Shown here: piece after piece, positions 47,691-58,600 of the stretch
How the letters are laid out: every line of letters starts with the position of its first letter
Numbering within the stretch: position 1 is the stretch's first letter
Origin: a virus
Direction: 5' to 3' (one strand)
IMG/VR virus record: IMGVR_UViG_3300032217_000845
Location: 61,777-125,776 of that record
Length of the DNA: 64,000 nucleotides
The notes under the pieces: generated by a model
Databases searched by the model: none
The model's input: only the letters and a program-made list of their open reading frames with translations
Told to the model about the DNA's origin: nothing
Position numbers and translations under genes: made by a program

Positions 47691-48194
47691 ATGGCTGGAC
47701 TCGATGTCAGAATGGTGTCTGACGACGCCCTTCATTTAAAAAACATGATGGATGGGATTATGGAAAGAGTGGAGGCTGTATTTCAGTCCTACAATGTTCC
47801 GCTTCCTGGACGTCGTTACTGGATGGTTGGTGACCCTGCAATTGACTGCGAACAAGTTGTAGTCTCTTTTATGCAAATGTACTTGGGTTCCCCGGGCGAT
47901 GAAGCTCAGCAGCCTCAGCGTTGCAACGTTCCTCGCAGTGCTACTGTTGCTATTCATATTTCTAGAGAAATTCCTACTGTTGGTGTGAATGGTCGTCCAC
48001 CTACTGCTGCCAAGATTCAAGAAGGCTCCAGTAGTGCAGCTATCGACGCTTGGGTACTCATGGAAACTGTACGTGAGTTTGACATGTGGGATGAAACTGG
48101 CTATGGCTTGGGTGTTATTGCTACCCTTGACATGGCTGGACCTGAAGGTGGATTTCAAACTACCAGCCTTCAACTAACTATGGCGGTTCCATAA
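47691..48194 (+). CDS. Tail terminator/completion-type protein
   Basis: Position; C-terminal GPEGG motif. Confidence 0.6.
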   Translation: MAGLDVRMVSDDALHLKNMMDGIMERVEAVFQSYNVPLPGRRYWMVGDPAIDCEQVVVSFMQMYLGSPGDEAQQPQRCNVPRSATVAIHISREIPTVGVNGRPPTAAKIQEGSSSAAIDAWVLMETVREFDMWDETGYGLGVIATLDMAGPEGGFQTTSLQLTMAVP

Positions 48195-48195
48195 A

Positions 48196-48669
48196 ATGCC
48201 AACTACTGTTGTATATAAATTTGAGCGTATGAGCTGGGAAAAGCACGCTGGTGAGTTTAGGAAAGAGTTTAATACTCCTAGAGTTGGTGTAGTTGGTACA
48301 TGGCTTAATAAAGAGGGTGTAAAGATGGTTGCCGGAGCTAAGGCTCAGGTCGAGCGTCGCCGTAAGACCCCTGGTATTATTCGTAGACCTACGCATAGGC
48401 TGGCTAACTCTATTCACATGCGTCACTTGGGCAATGTTACTGGTCAGTACCTTTGGATTGGTACTGAAGTTGACTATGCCCTATATGTACATGAGGGAAC
48501 CAAGCCTCACAAGATTCGCCCACGGGAAACTGGCGGACAGCTAATCTTTAGAACTAAGGGTGCTGGTGGCGTTATTGTTCATCGTGCAAAAGAGGTCAAT
48601 CACCCCGGAATTACCCGCCGTAGACGTAACCCATTCTTGAGCGACCAACTAAAGCATTTCCGTTACTAG
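48196..48669 (+). CDS. HK97 gp10-like neck protein
   Basis: LANSI...YALYVHEGTKPH.I.P...VNHPG....NPFL. Confidence 0.75.
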   Translation: MPTTVVYKFERMSWEKHAGEFRKEFNTPRVGVVGTWLNKEGVKMVAGAKAQVERRRKTPGIIRRPTHRLANSIHMRHLGNVTGQYLWIGTEVDYALYVHEGTKPHKIRPRETGGQLIFRTKGAGGVIVHRAKEVNHPGITRRRRNPFLSDQLKHFRY

Positions 48670-48734
48670 TACAATAGTCTTAGCACAAACTGTGTTAAAA
48701 GACAATAATACGCATTAGCGAGAAAGAAAACAAG

Positions 48735-49073
48735 ATGAGTAGATTTAAAGACTTTGGCAAGACTGTCGACCTAGATAAGCCAGCAGAACCACTATCGTTC
48801 AAACTTTGGGACGAAGAGTTCCACTGTGTCCGTCGTATTCAAGGCCGCGTTATGTTGGAACTTGTAGAGAGTTCGAACGCAGACGACCCTTCAGCATCAG
48901 CTAGAACAATCCGTACCTTCTTCAAGAAGATTATGCTTCCAGAAAGCTACGAGCGATTTGACGCACTTCTTGGCGACCAAGACAAAATTGTTTCTGTAGA
49001 AACACTTAGCGAAATTGTTGCTTGGCTAATTGAACAGTACGGTGACCGCCCAAATCCGCAGCCAGGGGCTTAG
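48735..49073 (+). CDS. Tail assembly chaperone (G-like)
   Basis: Upstream of tape measure; ends WLIEQYGDRP with slippery C CCA AAT at 49049-55. Confidence 0.85.
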   Translation: MSRFKDFGKTVDLDKPAEPLSFKLWDEEFHCVRRIQGRVMLELVESSNADDPSASARTIRTFFKKIMLPESYERFDALLGDQDKIVSVETLSEIVAWLIEQYGDRPNPQPGA

Positions 49074-49453
49074 CCACTTGGGCTGTAGACCTCTGGCCAT
49101 ATGTAAACGGTAAAGCAATAGTGAATCACATAAACCTTTTGGAACTAGATTTAGCAGAAATGCTAGATGTGATTCACTATTTTTACGAGGAAGACCTCAA
49201 CTATTTCACTGTTGAACATGCAAAGATGGCTGAGGTTAGACGTGTAGCGATTTACAAACATCTCTACAATGTCGACTATAAGTACGGTAGTGGTGGTGCC
49301 TCTTCTGGTGTTGCCAATGGCGGATTTGATGAAGATAACCTCGAGCCGTTTGACCCAAGTAACGCACCAGTAAAATCGTATTTTCCGCCTACTGAAGTGG
49401 ATGCAGATTCACGTAATCCTTTTGGTAGCGTACTTGATGCACCAATTAACTAA
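49055..49453 (+). CDS. Tail assembly chaperone -1 frameshift extension (GT-like)
   Basis: The -1 frame is open from the slippery site (SAARGLATWAVDLWPYVNGKA...) into track ORF 49121..49453. Confidence 0.8.
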   Translation, partial: SAARGLATWAVDLWPYVNGKAIVNHINLLELDLAEMLDVIHYFYEEDLNYFTVEHAKMAEVRRVAIYKHLYNVDYKYGSGGASSGVANGGFDEDNLEPFDPSNAPVKSYFPPTEVDADSRNPFGSVLDAPIN

Positions 49454-49472
49454 TTAGAAAGGAGGTGAGAGC

Positions 49473-52400
49473 ATGGCAGTAGTCGGCGAAGCCCACATAC
49501 TCGTCAGGGCCATTACAACTGGCCTGAAGAAAGATATTGAAAAAGGGTTCCAAGGTGTTAAAGGAGCTACCGAAGCAGCTGGTAAAGAGTCTAGTAGTGG
49601 TTTTAGTAATGAGTTTGCTAAAGGTCTAAAGAAGTTTAACAACGCTTCTCAGGGGGCAGCTAGTAGTTTTCACAAACTAATGCGTCGTGCAAACATATTC
49701 CAAGCTGGAATTGGTGTTGCAGCTAGCTCTCTCTCCGCTCTAGTTGGGGCACTTGGTGCCTTTGCAGGAGCAGCTGGTGGAGCAGCAGCTTCAGGTGTTG
49801 CACTTGTTGGAGTGATGGCTCAGCTTAAAGTTGCCACTATGGTCGGCAAAATGGCATTTAAAGGTGTCATGGAGGCTGTTAAAGCTGCTGGAACTCAAAG
49901 CGGATTAACTGGTAAAACCATCCGTGAGCTACGTGAAGAGATGCAGCAACTTGCTTTCTCTGCTGAAGAGGCCGCTCTTAGTGAAGAAAAAGCATCTCTA
50001 AGCTTGGAAAAAGCTCGAGAAAACCTTGCTCGAGTTCAGAACTTACCGCCAGACAACCGTGCTCGCCGTGAGGCGGAACTTGCATATCAAGAAGCCGACC
50101 TTGCATATCGTCAGGCTAAAGATAAGCATTCTGACCTCATGGAGCAGATTAACGACCCTCAAAAAAAGAGTGGCGGTGCTGGTGCTCAAGACCCATATAA
50201 GGACTTAACTGCAACTCAAAAAGCATTTGCTATTTATCTCAAGGGCATAATGCCTAAGATGAAGAGCCTGAGAGAAGCGGCCGCTAGTAGCTTCCTTCCA
50301 GAGCTAACTAAGCAAATGGACGCCATGATGAAGAATGGCTTCTTCCAACTTCTTGTTACTGGTTTTGAAAGAGTTAGCCAGGGACTTGCAGAGGCTACTA
50401 AGAACTTTGCTGGCTCGGCATTTGATGGTACAACTAAGGGTAGCCTTGCTCACTTTTTTGAAAGTTCCCGAGGAACTGTAGGTGCTTTAGGTAAAGTACT
50501 TGGCAACATGTTTAAGGCATTCCTTGGACTGATGCAAGCTGCCGACCCTCTTATTAAAAGATTTGTCAACTTTCTAGACAAGAAAAGCTTTGGTCTTGCG
50601 GAAAGTGTAGGTAAGAATCAAGGACCACTTACTACATTCTTTAGAAATGCTGGAGATGCCGCTGCCTCCCTAGGTAAAATTTTTGGTAACGTATTCAAGG
50701 GACTTACTTCCTTAATTACAGCTAATATAGGTCCAGGCTCCGCCGGTCAGGGAATGCTTGATTGGATGGCCAAGGGCAGCGAGAAGTGGGCGCAGCTTCA
50801 AAGTTCTGTCTCTCAAAACAACATGAATAACTACTTCAGTCAGGCTGTTGAAAACTTTAAGTCTATGTGGAATGCTATTAGCGGTTTTGCTAGCATCTTT
50901 GCATCACTAGGTAATCAACCAGGAGTGAAAGAGTTCTGGGATACAATTGCCGCTGGTTCTGGAAGCATTGAAAAAATCTTGATGAGCATGACTGCTGCCG
51001 GACCCGGCCTTGCAGACCTTATCAGTAAAGTTGTAGAGATTGTTGCCCTCTTTAGCGATACTAAACAGATTCAAGCGTACATTGCTGTACTTACTGACAT
51101 GTTTAGATGGTTCCTTGAAATTGGCAAGATGATTAAACCAATCGCCGATGCACTAGGTCCAGTAATTGGTGTTGTCGGTGCTTTGGTTACATCGTTCTTG
51201 GTTCTTAAAAAAGTAACCATGATTGTATATGGAACAATCTATACCTTTGGTAAAGGTTTGATGTTCTTAAGAAAAGCATTTATGGCGATTAAAGCTGCTC
51301 AAGTTGCATACACAGCTGCAGTTACTGCAAACACGGTTGCAACTGGTGCAAACAAGGCTATGAAGAATGCTGCTATAGCGTCATCCGTCAAAGAAGCTTT
51401 TATGACATCCTTTGGCACTAAAGCCAAAGAAAAAGAAAGTCTTGCACTTGCAACTGCCACCATTGCTCGTCAAGCTCAAATTATTACAGCTCTTGAAGCA
51501 TCTGGAGCTAATGGTGTATTAGCAGCTTCTGAGGTTGGAGTTGGTACAGCAGCTACCGCAGCCGTGCCTCCTGTTGCAACACTTGGTGCTACTCTTATGG
51601 CTGCAATACTTCCTGTTCTACCGATTATTCTTGCAGTAGTAGCTGCAATTGCCTTGATAGTAGGTGCTGTTGCTATCTTTAATGCTGTTCAAGCCAAGGA
51701 AGCAGAAGATGCTCAGAAGAGGGTTGGCGAAGCAATAAAAGCCAATGTTTCAATGGGTAAAGACATAGAGTCCCAAACAATCCACGCTCAAAATACTTGG
51801 ACTGCAGCTATATCTTCCACTTCACTTGGAACTAAGTCACTAGCAGCAGACGTTACTAACTTGCATAAGCAAACTAAAACCCTGCAAACTACTCAAAAGA
51901 GCGGCTGGGACTGGTTCTGGAATGCTACTAGTGGCTCTGAAGACCTTAAAGAAGGTCTTAAGAATATGGGTACGCAACTTGGTAAGTTAGCTAAAAAAGA
52001 TTTGAAGGGTGCTCAGCAAGAATTTATTAGATTTGCTAACGCTCAAGGAGCGTCTAGAGAAGAACTTACTGTTCAAATGCGAGAGATGCCAGAGTTCCAA
52101 GACGAGCTCACAAAAACTGCTGAGAAATATGGTCTTCTAACTGATGCTATGGACGAGAACCAGAAAGCTGCTGTTCTTGTTGACGTAGCTACTAATAGTG
52201 GTGCCTATGCTAAAGCTAAGGCAGCTGAGGCCACAGAAAACTTTAATCAAAAGATTCGTGAAGCTGCTTCTACTTTTATGGACTTTGAAGGTCCACTACA
52301 GCAAAACTCAGAGGACGTTAAAAAGTGGGCTGAGGCGCAAGCTAAACATTCTAAGTCTGCTACAGATACTTGGAAAGACTACTGGGATGGTCAAAGTTTT

Positions 52401-53300
52401 AGCCTAGATAAGTACATGGCTGACTTAAATGCTCAAGTTAAAAAACAAGTCGACTGGGCTAGCAATATTTCAATGCTTCAGGGAGCTGTTGGTCAGGGTC
52501 TTATTAGTCAAGATACTCTTAACGACCTAAAGCTCAAGGGTGCGGCTGGTGCAGACTTAGTGGATTCTTTAGCTAAGAAATTTAAATCAGGAACTGCGAG
52601 TGCTAAAGCAGACCTTAAAAAATTCCAAGCAGCAACTGAAACATCAAAACTATTCTCTGATACAAATGTTGCAAGCGGTTTGACAGATGTGTTTGTCAAT
52701 CCAAAGAACACCACTGTTTTAGATATGGCCACTGCAAAAGTTGGTAAACAGGCTGGTGGAATTATGGCTGGCGAATATCGTAAAGAGATGGAAGCTAAAC
52801 TTAAAGCTGGTAAAGTTACCCTTCAACAAATTATGAAGGACCAGGGGATTAAAATGGAAGACATTAGTAAAGAAGTTCAAAAATTAAAAATTGAAGCAGA
52901 TGTTACTGTTAAGTACACTGGCGATACTGATGGCAAAAAGTTAGGTGGAATGATTGGCTACAAACTTGGTGGAATGATTCCTCGCTATGCCAACGGTAAA
53001 AGTCCTGGCTCGTTCCAAATGTTCCCTAATGGAATTCTTAAAGGCCCTGGCGGTCCTAGAAGTGACAGTATTCTTGCCCGTGTATCGCGCGACGAAATGG
53101 TTGTCAACGCTGAGTCAACTCGACGTAACAAAGATGTTCTTAACTACATCAACAAGGGTGGAGTTGTTAGTGCTGGCGGTGGTGGAAACTACAACTTATC
53201 ATTTGTTGTCAATGCGTCAGACGGTATGGATGAGACTCAGGTTGCTAGAATTGTCTTGAGACAACTAGACAGAACTTTAGGACTAGGAGCGTCTAAGTAA
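49473..53300 (+). CDS. Tape measure protein
   Basis: 1275 aa, Ala/Gly-rich helical, VGEAHILVRA N-terminus, C-terminal GPGGPRSDSI.A..S..E.VVNA; RBS GAAAGGAGG. Confidence 0.92.
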   Translation: MAVVGEAHILVRAITTGLKKDIEKGFQGVKGATEAAGKESSSGFSNEFAKGLKKFNNASQGAASSFHKLMRRANIFQAGIGVAASSLSALVGALGAFAGAAGGAAASGVALVGVMAQLKVATMVGKMAFKGVMEAVKAAGTQSGLTGKTIRELREEMQQLAFSAEEAALSEEKASLSLEKARENLARVQNLPPDNRARREAELAYQEADLAYRQAKDKHSDLMEQINDPQKKSGGAGAQDPYKDLTATQKAFAIYLKGIMPKMKSLREAAASSFLPELTKQMDAMMKNGFFQLLVTGFERVSQGLAEATKNFAGSAFDGTTKGSLAHFFESSRGTVGALGKVLGNMFKAFLGLMQAADPLIKRFVNFLDKKSFGLAESVGKNQGPLTTFFRNAGDAAASLGKIFGNVFKGLTSLITANIGPGSAGQGMLDWMAKGSEKWAQLQSSVSQNNMNNYFSQAVENFKSMWNAISGFASIFASLGNQPGVKEFWDTIAAGSGSIEKILMSMTAAGPGLADLISKVVEIVALFSDTKQIQAYIAVLTDMFRWFLEIGKMIKPIADALGPVIGVVGALVTSFLVLKKVTMIVYGTIYTFGKGLMFLRKAFMAIKAAQVAYTAAVTANTVATGANKAMKNAAIASSVKEAFMTSFGTKAKEKESLALATATIARQAQIITALEASGANGVLAASEVGVGTAATAAVPPVATLGATLMAAILPVLPIILAVVAAIALIVGAVAIFNAVQAKEAEDAQKRVGEAIKANVSMGKDIESQTIHAQNTWTAAISSTSLGTKSLAADVTNLHKQTKTLQTTQKSGWDWFWNATSGSEDLKEGLKNMGTQLGKLAKKDLKGAQQEFIRFANAQGASREELTVQMREMPEFQDELTKTAEKYGLLTDAMDENQKAAVLVDVATNSGAYAKAKAAEATENFNQKIREAASTFMDFEGPLQQNSEDVKKWAEAQAKHSKSATDTWKDYWDGQSFSLDKYMADLNAQVKKQVDWASNISMLQGAVGQGLISQDTLNDLKLKGAAGADLVDSLAKKFKSGTASAKADLKKFQAATETSKLFSDTNVASGLTDVFVNPKNTTVLDMATAKVGKQAGGIMAGEYRKEMEAKLKAGKVTLQQIMKDQGIKMEDISKEVQKLKIEADVTVKYTGDTDGKKLGGMIGYKLGGMIPRYANGKSPGSFQMFPNGILKGPGGPRSDSILARVSRDEMVVNAESTRRNKDVLNYINKGGVVSAGGGGNYNLSFVVNASDGMDETQVARIVLRQLDRTLGLGASK

Positions 53301-55639
53301 TGCCTACAAATCTAGTCTTTAATCCTACGTTCTCTGTCAATACCGACGGCTGGGGAGCAGCTAACTCTGCAACAATAACTCGTATTACAACCGATACATA
53401 TTTTGGTAGAGGTGCTCTACAGGTAACCCGTAGCGCAACTCAGTCGTGCGGTGCTTCTAGTGGGAATGCTCTCTTTGACGTTTCGTATGGTACAAGCTAT
53501 ACGGCTTCTGCTTATGTAAAGGTCCCTACTGGAAAAGCTAGCATTCTTGCTGACATCGTCATAAACTACTATAATTCTTCAAAAGTTTTTGTATCCAGTG
53601 TAACTGCTGGAGACACATCTCTATCAAGTACTGACGGCTGGACAAGACTATTCTTAAACTTTACTGTCTCTAATTCGACTGCAGTCTACGCAAGCGTGGC
53701 AATCCAGGATAATACTACTTCTCCAGTTTCTGGCGACACATTTCTTATTGATGCTGTAATGGTCTCCACCGGGTCGCTTCTAACTCCATTTGTAGAGCCG
53801 GAGCTCCCTCAGGCTGTAAAGAACCAAGCTGTAAACATTGCTCTTACCAAGCTGCCTCAGCCGCACTTAACTGGTATGAAGCTGAAGGGTGATGTTCGAA
53901 TCAATGGACTAACCCTGAATAGCGTTGATGAGAATGGTATTGTTTGGGTATGTCGTGATATTGAAGGCTGGTGGAACCTACCTAACGTAGAAGTTCCTGA
54001 TATTGCTCGTGGCTTAGATGATGGCTCTTACAATGTTCGTGGCCGCCGAACTTCTAGAAACATTAGTATTGAGGGCTCTATTCTAGTTCCAGACCCGTCT
54101 TGGACTGCAACTGCAAGACAGAAGTTGATGGAGACATTTAACCTTGTCTACAAAGGAGCATGGCTTTACGTAGATGAGTCACCTACTAAAGCAGCATTTG
54201 TGCGTCTGGTCGGACAGCCTACTATGTCAAATACAAATGCTCGTGGTCGTATTGACTTCAGTATTCCCCTACGTGCTGGTGACCCAATCAAATATGATTG
54301 GCAGGAAACTAACGCGAATGGGTATACTGCGGTTGGTTTATCAAACCTTATATCTAACCCTAGCTTTGGGTCTGGCTCTAACACTGAGTGGACAGCAACT
54401 GGCGGAACTGGAACCGCTAGCACCACATTTGCCTATGTAGGAGCATACTCTTATAGAATCAGTGCTACTGGCTCAACTACCATACAATTGTCTCTGTCAA
54501 GCACCGCATACTACCCAGCTGTTACAGAAGGATATACCTACACCTTCTCCATATACGGCAGAGATGCAGCTTCTCCAGACAATACCTCTGCGGTAATGAA
54601 TCCTAGAATTGTTTGGTATGACTCGTCTTATACTCGTATCTCTACCGTATTGGGCCCATTTACAGCACTAACAACTAGCTGGACCAGAATGTCAATCACT
54701 GCCACTGCCCCAGATAACGCAGCATACGCTCATTGCTACCTAGTAAGCACAGCCAACATTACAGCTTCAAGACTTGCCTATTTTGATGCTGCGTATTTTC
54801 AGCTATCTACTACCGCTACAGACTATGCATTTATTGGCGTCTCTAATCTTCCAATTACCAACTCTGGAAACGTCGATGTTGCTGCAGTCTACAAGCTAAC
54901 TGGTCCAATAACTGCGCCTGCGTACATTGTATCTAAATCTGGCAATACCACTCAAACGATAACTGTAAACACCAACCTTAGAGATACCACCGCTTCTTCT
55001 AGCATATCTGCCAGTGAGTTTAGTGCTGGGTACGCAACTTTGACAACATCTGCAACTAACTCATTCATGGTTGGAGATAAGGTCACCATCGACGCGTCAA
55101 ATAACTACTATGATGCTACTGCTGTAACTCTTACTGCGGTTACTGATACTTCAGTCAGCTACGCTAACCCGATTGCCAATGTTACCAGTATTACGCATGC
55201 TTCTAACCGAGCAGATGTGATTACAGCCACCGCTCATGGTTTAACTAGCGGAACTACTTTCTACATCAACGGTTCTAGTAATCCCGTATTTGACGGTGCC
55301 TACACTGTACTGTCATCTCCGTCTCCTGGAGCTACTACTTTCTCCTACACTAAAACTACTTCCGACCAGACTACTGGTTATGGTGGAGCTATGTCCCGTC
55401 AGATTGCGTACTCTTCTGGTACAACTGGAACAGTCACTCTGGCTCAGGTAGATACCCTTGAGATTGACACCTACAACAAGACAGTACTTTACCGAGGACT
55501 TCCTGATAGCTCCCGTTCTACTATTGCTGTAAATGTTGACTGGATTCAGCTGGCTCCCGGGGACAACTTACACACCTTCTCTAGAACTGGTGGAACAGGT
55601 TCAGCCGAGGTCAAATACCGCTCCGGCTGGATAGGGTAA
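53300..55639 (+). CDS. Minor tail (distal-tail-like) protein with carbohydrate-binding-module-like insertions
   Basis: Follows tape measure; two NL..NP.F modules; C-terminal W..L.PG.N...Y.SGW. Confidence 0.75.
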   Translation: MPTNLVFNPTFSVNTDGWGAANSATITRITTDTYFGRGALQVTRSATQSCGASSGNALFDVSYGTSYTASAYVKVPTGKASILADIVINYYNSSKVFVSSVTAGDTSLSSTDGWTRLFLNFTVSNSTAVYASVAIQDNTTSPVSGDTFLIDAVMVSTGSLLTPFVEPELPQAVKNQAVNIALTKLPQPHLTGMKLKGDVRINGLTLNSVDENGIVWVCRDIEGWWNLPNVEVPDIARGLDDGSYNVRGRRTSRNISIEGSILVPDPSWTATARQKLMETFNLVYKGAWLYVDESPTKAAFVRLVGQPTMSNTNARGRIDFSIPLRAGDPIKYDWQETNANGYTAVGLSNLISNPSFGSGSNTEWTATGGTGTASTTFAYVGAYSYRISATGSTTIQLSLSSTAYYPAVTEGYTYTFSIYGRDAASPDNTSAVMNPRIVWYDSSYTRISTVLGPFTALTTSWTRMSITATAPDNAAYAHCYLVSTANITASRLAYFDAAYFQLSTTATDYAFIGVSNLPITNSGNVDVAAVYKLTGPITAPAYIVSKSGNTTQTITVNTNLRDTTASSSISASEFSAGYATLTTSATNSFMVGDKVTIDASNNYYDATAVTLTAVTDTSVSYANPIANVTSITHASNRADVITATAHGLTSGTTFYINGSSNPVFDGAYTVLSSPSPGATTFSYTKTTSDQTTGYGGAMSRQIAYSSGTTGTVTLAQVDTLEIDTYNKTVLYRGLPDSSRSTIAVNVDWIQLAPGDNLHTFSRTGGTGSAEVKYRSGWIG

Positions 55640-55676
55640 AATAGTCTTATAAAGACGACCCGACGTGAGGATGTAA

Positions 55677-58600
55677 ATGCCAGACTATCTTGCACCTGTA
55701 GACAGTGCACTTGGAGCACGCTACCGCTACTATACGGTTAACATTGTCACAAACACCGTTATTGGTGAAATCCCGTTTGAAGACGTTAGCTACGAGCGTT
55801 CCGTAAAGTCTCCTGGTGCTTTTGATGGCAAGATTACTATTTCTGACCAGACCAAAAATTTAGATTTATATAACTCTACGCTTCCTGGTAAGACCGCGCT
55901 TTATGTTGTTAGAGATGGCACTGCAGTTTGGGGCGGAATTATCTGGGGCAGAACCTATGACTTAAAAGGTCGTAGCCTAGCCGTATCTGCTAGCGAGTTT
56001 ACTAGCTACTTAAGTCACAGAATTGTTTGGAAGACCTACTCGCACAACTGCACTGCTCAGTTAATTAAAAAAACAACTGACGGCTATGTCCAAGTTGTTA
56101 TCCAAAACAAGGTTCTAAAATCTGCTCTAACGCTTGCCGATGCTAAAGGCAATCCTACTTATGTTTCAGTGAACTTTAGTGAAAATGTTTATCGAAAGTA
56201 CAGTGGAAACTATAAAGTAGTTGGCAAGTCTTCTTCTCCTGCTGCATCTGCAGACCCTGGAAGAGTATCTTTCTATATAGATATTCCAGCACTACCTAAA
56301 AAGTCTGTTGGTCTTTATGATGGTGTCGGCATCACATTGAAGGCAGATACATACGAGTTCCTACGTGACATCATTACGTCTACTCTTTCTGATTTTACAG
56401 ACATCGAGTTCCCTAACGAACTTATCGAACCTGGTATCAAGGTCCCTTACGAACTTGCGTCTAAGGAGCTTACTATAACTAATAGTTCTAACGGTGTTGC
56501 TACTATTGAAACTACAGCAGAGCACGACTTGGCTCCTGGTCAGCGAATTGAGTTAGTAAACGTTGACCCTATGCTAGATGGGTTCCAGACTATTTCGTCT
56601 GTACCTAACAAATTTAGTTTCCAGTTTGTGCTAACAAATCCAGTTAGTAAATACGACAAAATGTCTAGAGTATATCTAAGTGCTATTTCTCCTGCAGTAG
56701 CTTTGACATCTAGTGTTGATATGGTTAAGTACCGTAGAGTTATTCAATACTTATCGCAGTACGTTCGGTACGTGAGTAGGTCTAACGGTGTTATCACTGC
56801 AACATTTAACTCTATTCACAATTTTAAAAGAGGTGACAAGGTAGTTGTCAACTTTGAGAAAAACAGTGTTACTCAAAAAACTGAAGAAGTTAAGACTAAG
56901 AATACTGACGGAACAACCACTACAAAGAAAGAAGTAGTAAACACTTTTGACTTTGATAAGTACAACAACACTGTAACAGTCACTGCGGCTACTCCCACGA
57001 CTATCGAGTTCTTAGACCCAGACCCAGACCACGTATCCCCTGCGTATAACACTAAAGGTAATGTAACAGCATCAAAAAACTCTGTAAAGAATGCTGCACC
57101 ACTACCTCTTCTACAGCTATTTCCTCAGAACTCTTCTGGATACAACATTGGCGATGACATTCGTGTAGATGGCGTAGATGAGCCAAGCTGGCAATACCCA
57201 ATCTATGACGGCTATTACAGCGTTTATGATGTCAACCCTGGCACTACTTATGCGGTTACTAAATACAAAGCAGTCTCGGAATTTATTACTGATGATGAGG
57301 ACGACGATGACTCTAAGAGAACCGTTGCCTATATTTACTGCTCGACAGACCCTAATGTAGAAGCTGGAGATATGTTTGTAGTTGCTGGTATTACTGGCAC
57401 TCCATCCATGAACGGCGAGTATGAGGCTTTGTATGATTCAGTATATGACTCTGCTACTAGTTTATACATTGTAAAGTATGTAAAACAGATTGCTGCATTT
57501 AGCATTGTTGCGCAAGCAAGCGGTGCAACCATGGTTAAAAATGGTAACCAGTGGATTACCTATCAACCAAATACCAGCGAGCTTCGGTTTAGCCTAAAGA
57601 ATGAACCAGACGCTGACTCTGCTATTTCTCAATTCACCTACAATGCTGCTGAAGGCACTAAGAAAAACTCGGTTGGTCTAAAACTAAAATCTAGGCATGG
57701 GCTTAAAGTTGGCGATACCGTAAAGATTACTTATGGTAAGTCTGAAAAAGATGTAGACCAAAAGACTTATGGTGGTACCGTAATGGTCACTGCGGTCACT
57801 GACTACGATGAGTTCTACTACACTCTTATCGCAGGTAAACATACCAATAAGGCACCTAAAAAAGACGTTGACTGGACTGATAAAAGTGGAACAGTCACTA
57901 GAGATAAGCATGGCATTCTCACCCCCGCTTCTATCGAGGTAGAAATTGATGCTATACGTACAGATATTACTGCTGCGGGAGCTACGCAGGTTACTGTCTA
58001 CGCTCCAGACCACAACCTCAAAAAAGGCGACTACATTGCTGTAAATATAAATGCAGCTGACTATAAAGGTGTAAACACTGTAGCAAAGCCAGTCAAAGTA
58101 GCCTCTGTTGGTGCCAACTATTTTAGATACACCACCGGAACTGCAGTTATTCAAGGTGACACTTCTACTATTAGTCAAGTTGTCTATGCAAGCAATAACA
58201 AAACTTTAAAATTTAAGGCTAGTAAGTACGGAGCCTTAACAGCGTCTACCAAGACAGCAACTCTTTTAGAGCCTAAGCCAGCTACCGGATACGTTATTTT
58301 TACTACCTCTGCAAACCATAACATGGTAGTTGGTCAGAAAGCTACTGTTTCTGGTTTTGTTGACCCTACTTCATCTACAACTACTTCTGTTACACGTAAT
58401 CACACTATTTCTTCATTAAACTTTAACGCTGCTAAAAAGATTGTGACAATTGTATTTACCAGTAATCACAACTTAAGTCTTCTAAATGACCAAGGTGCGT
58501 CTTTTACCGTAAGCGGTGCCAACAGCGTAGCTTATAAATTTACTGGTACTGACCGAAATATTGATACCCCTATTAACTGGTTAAACGACACGCACACTAT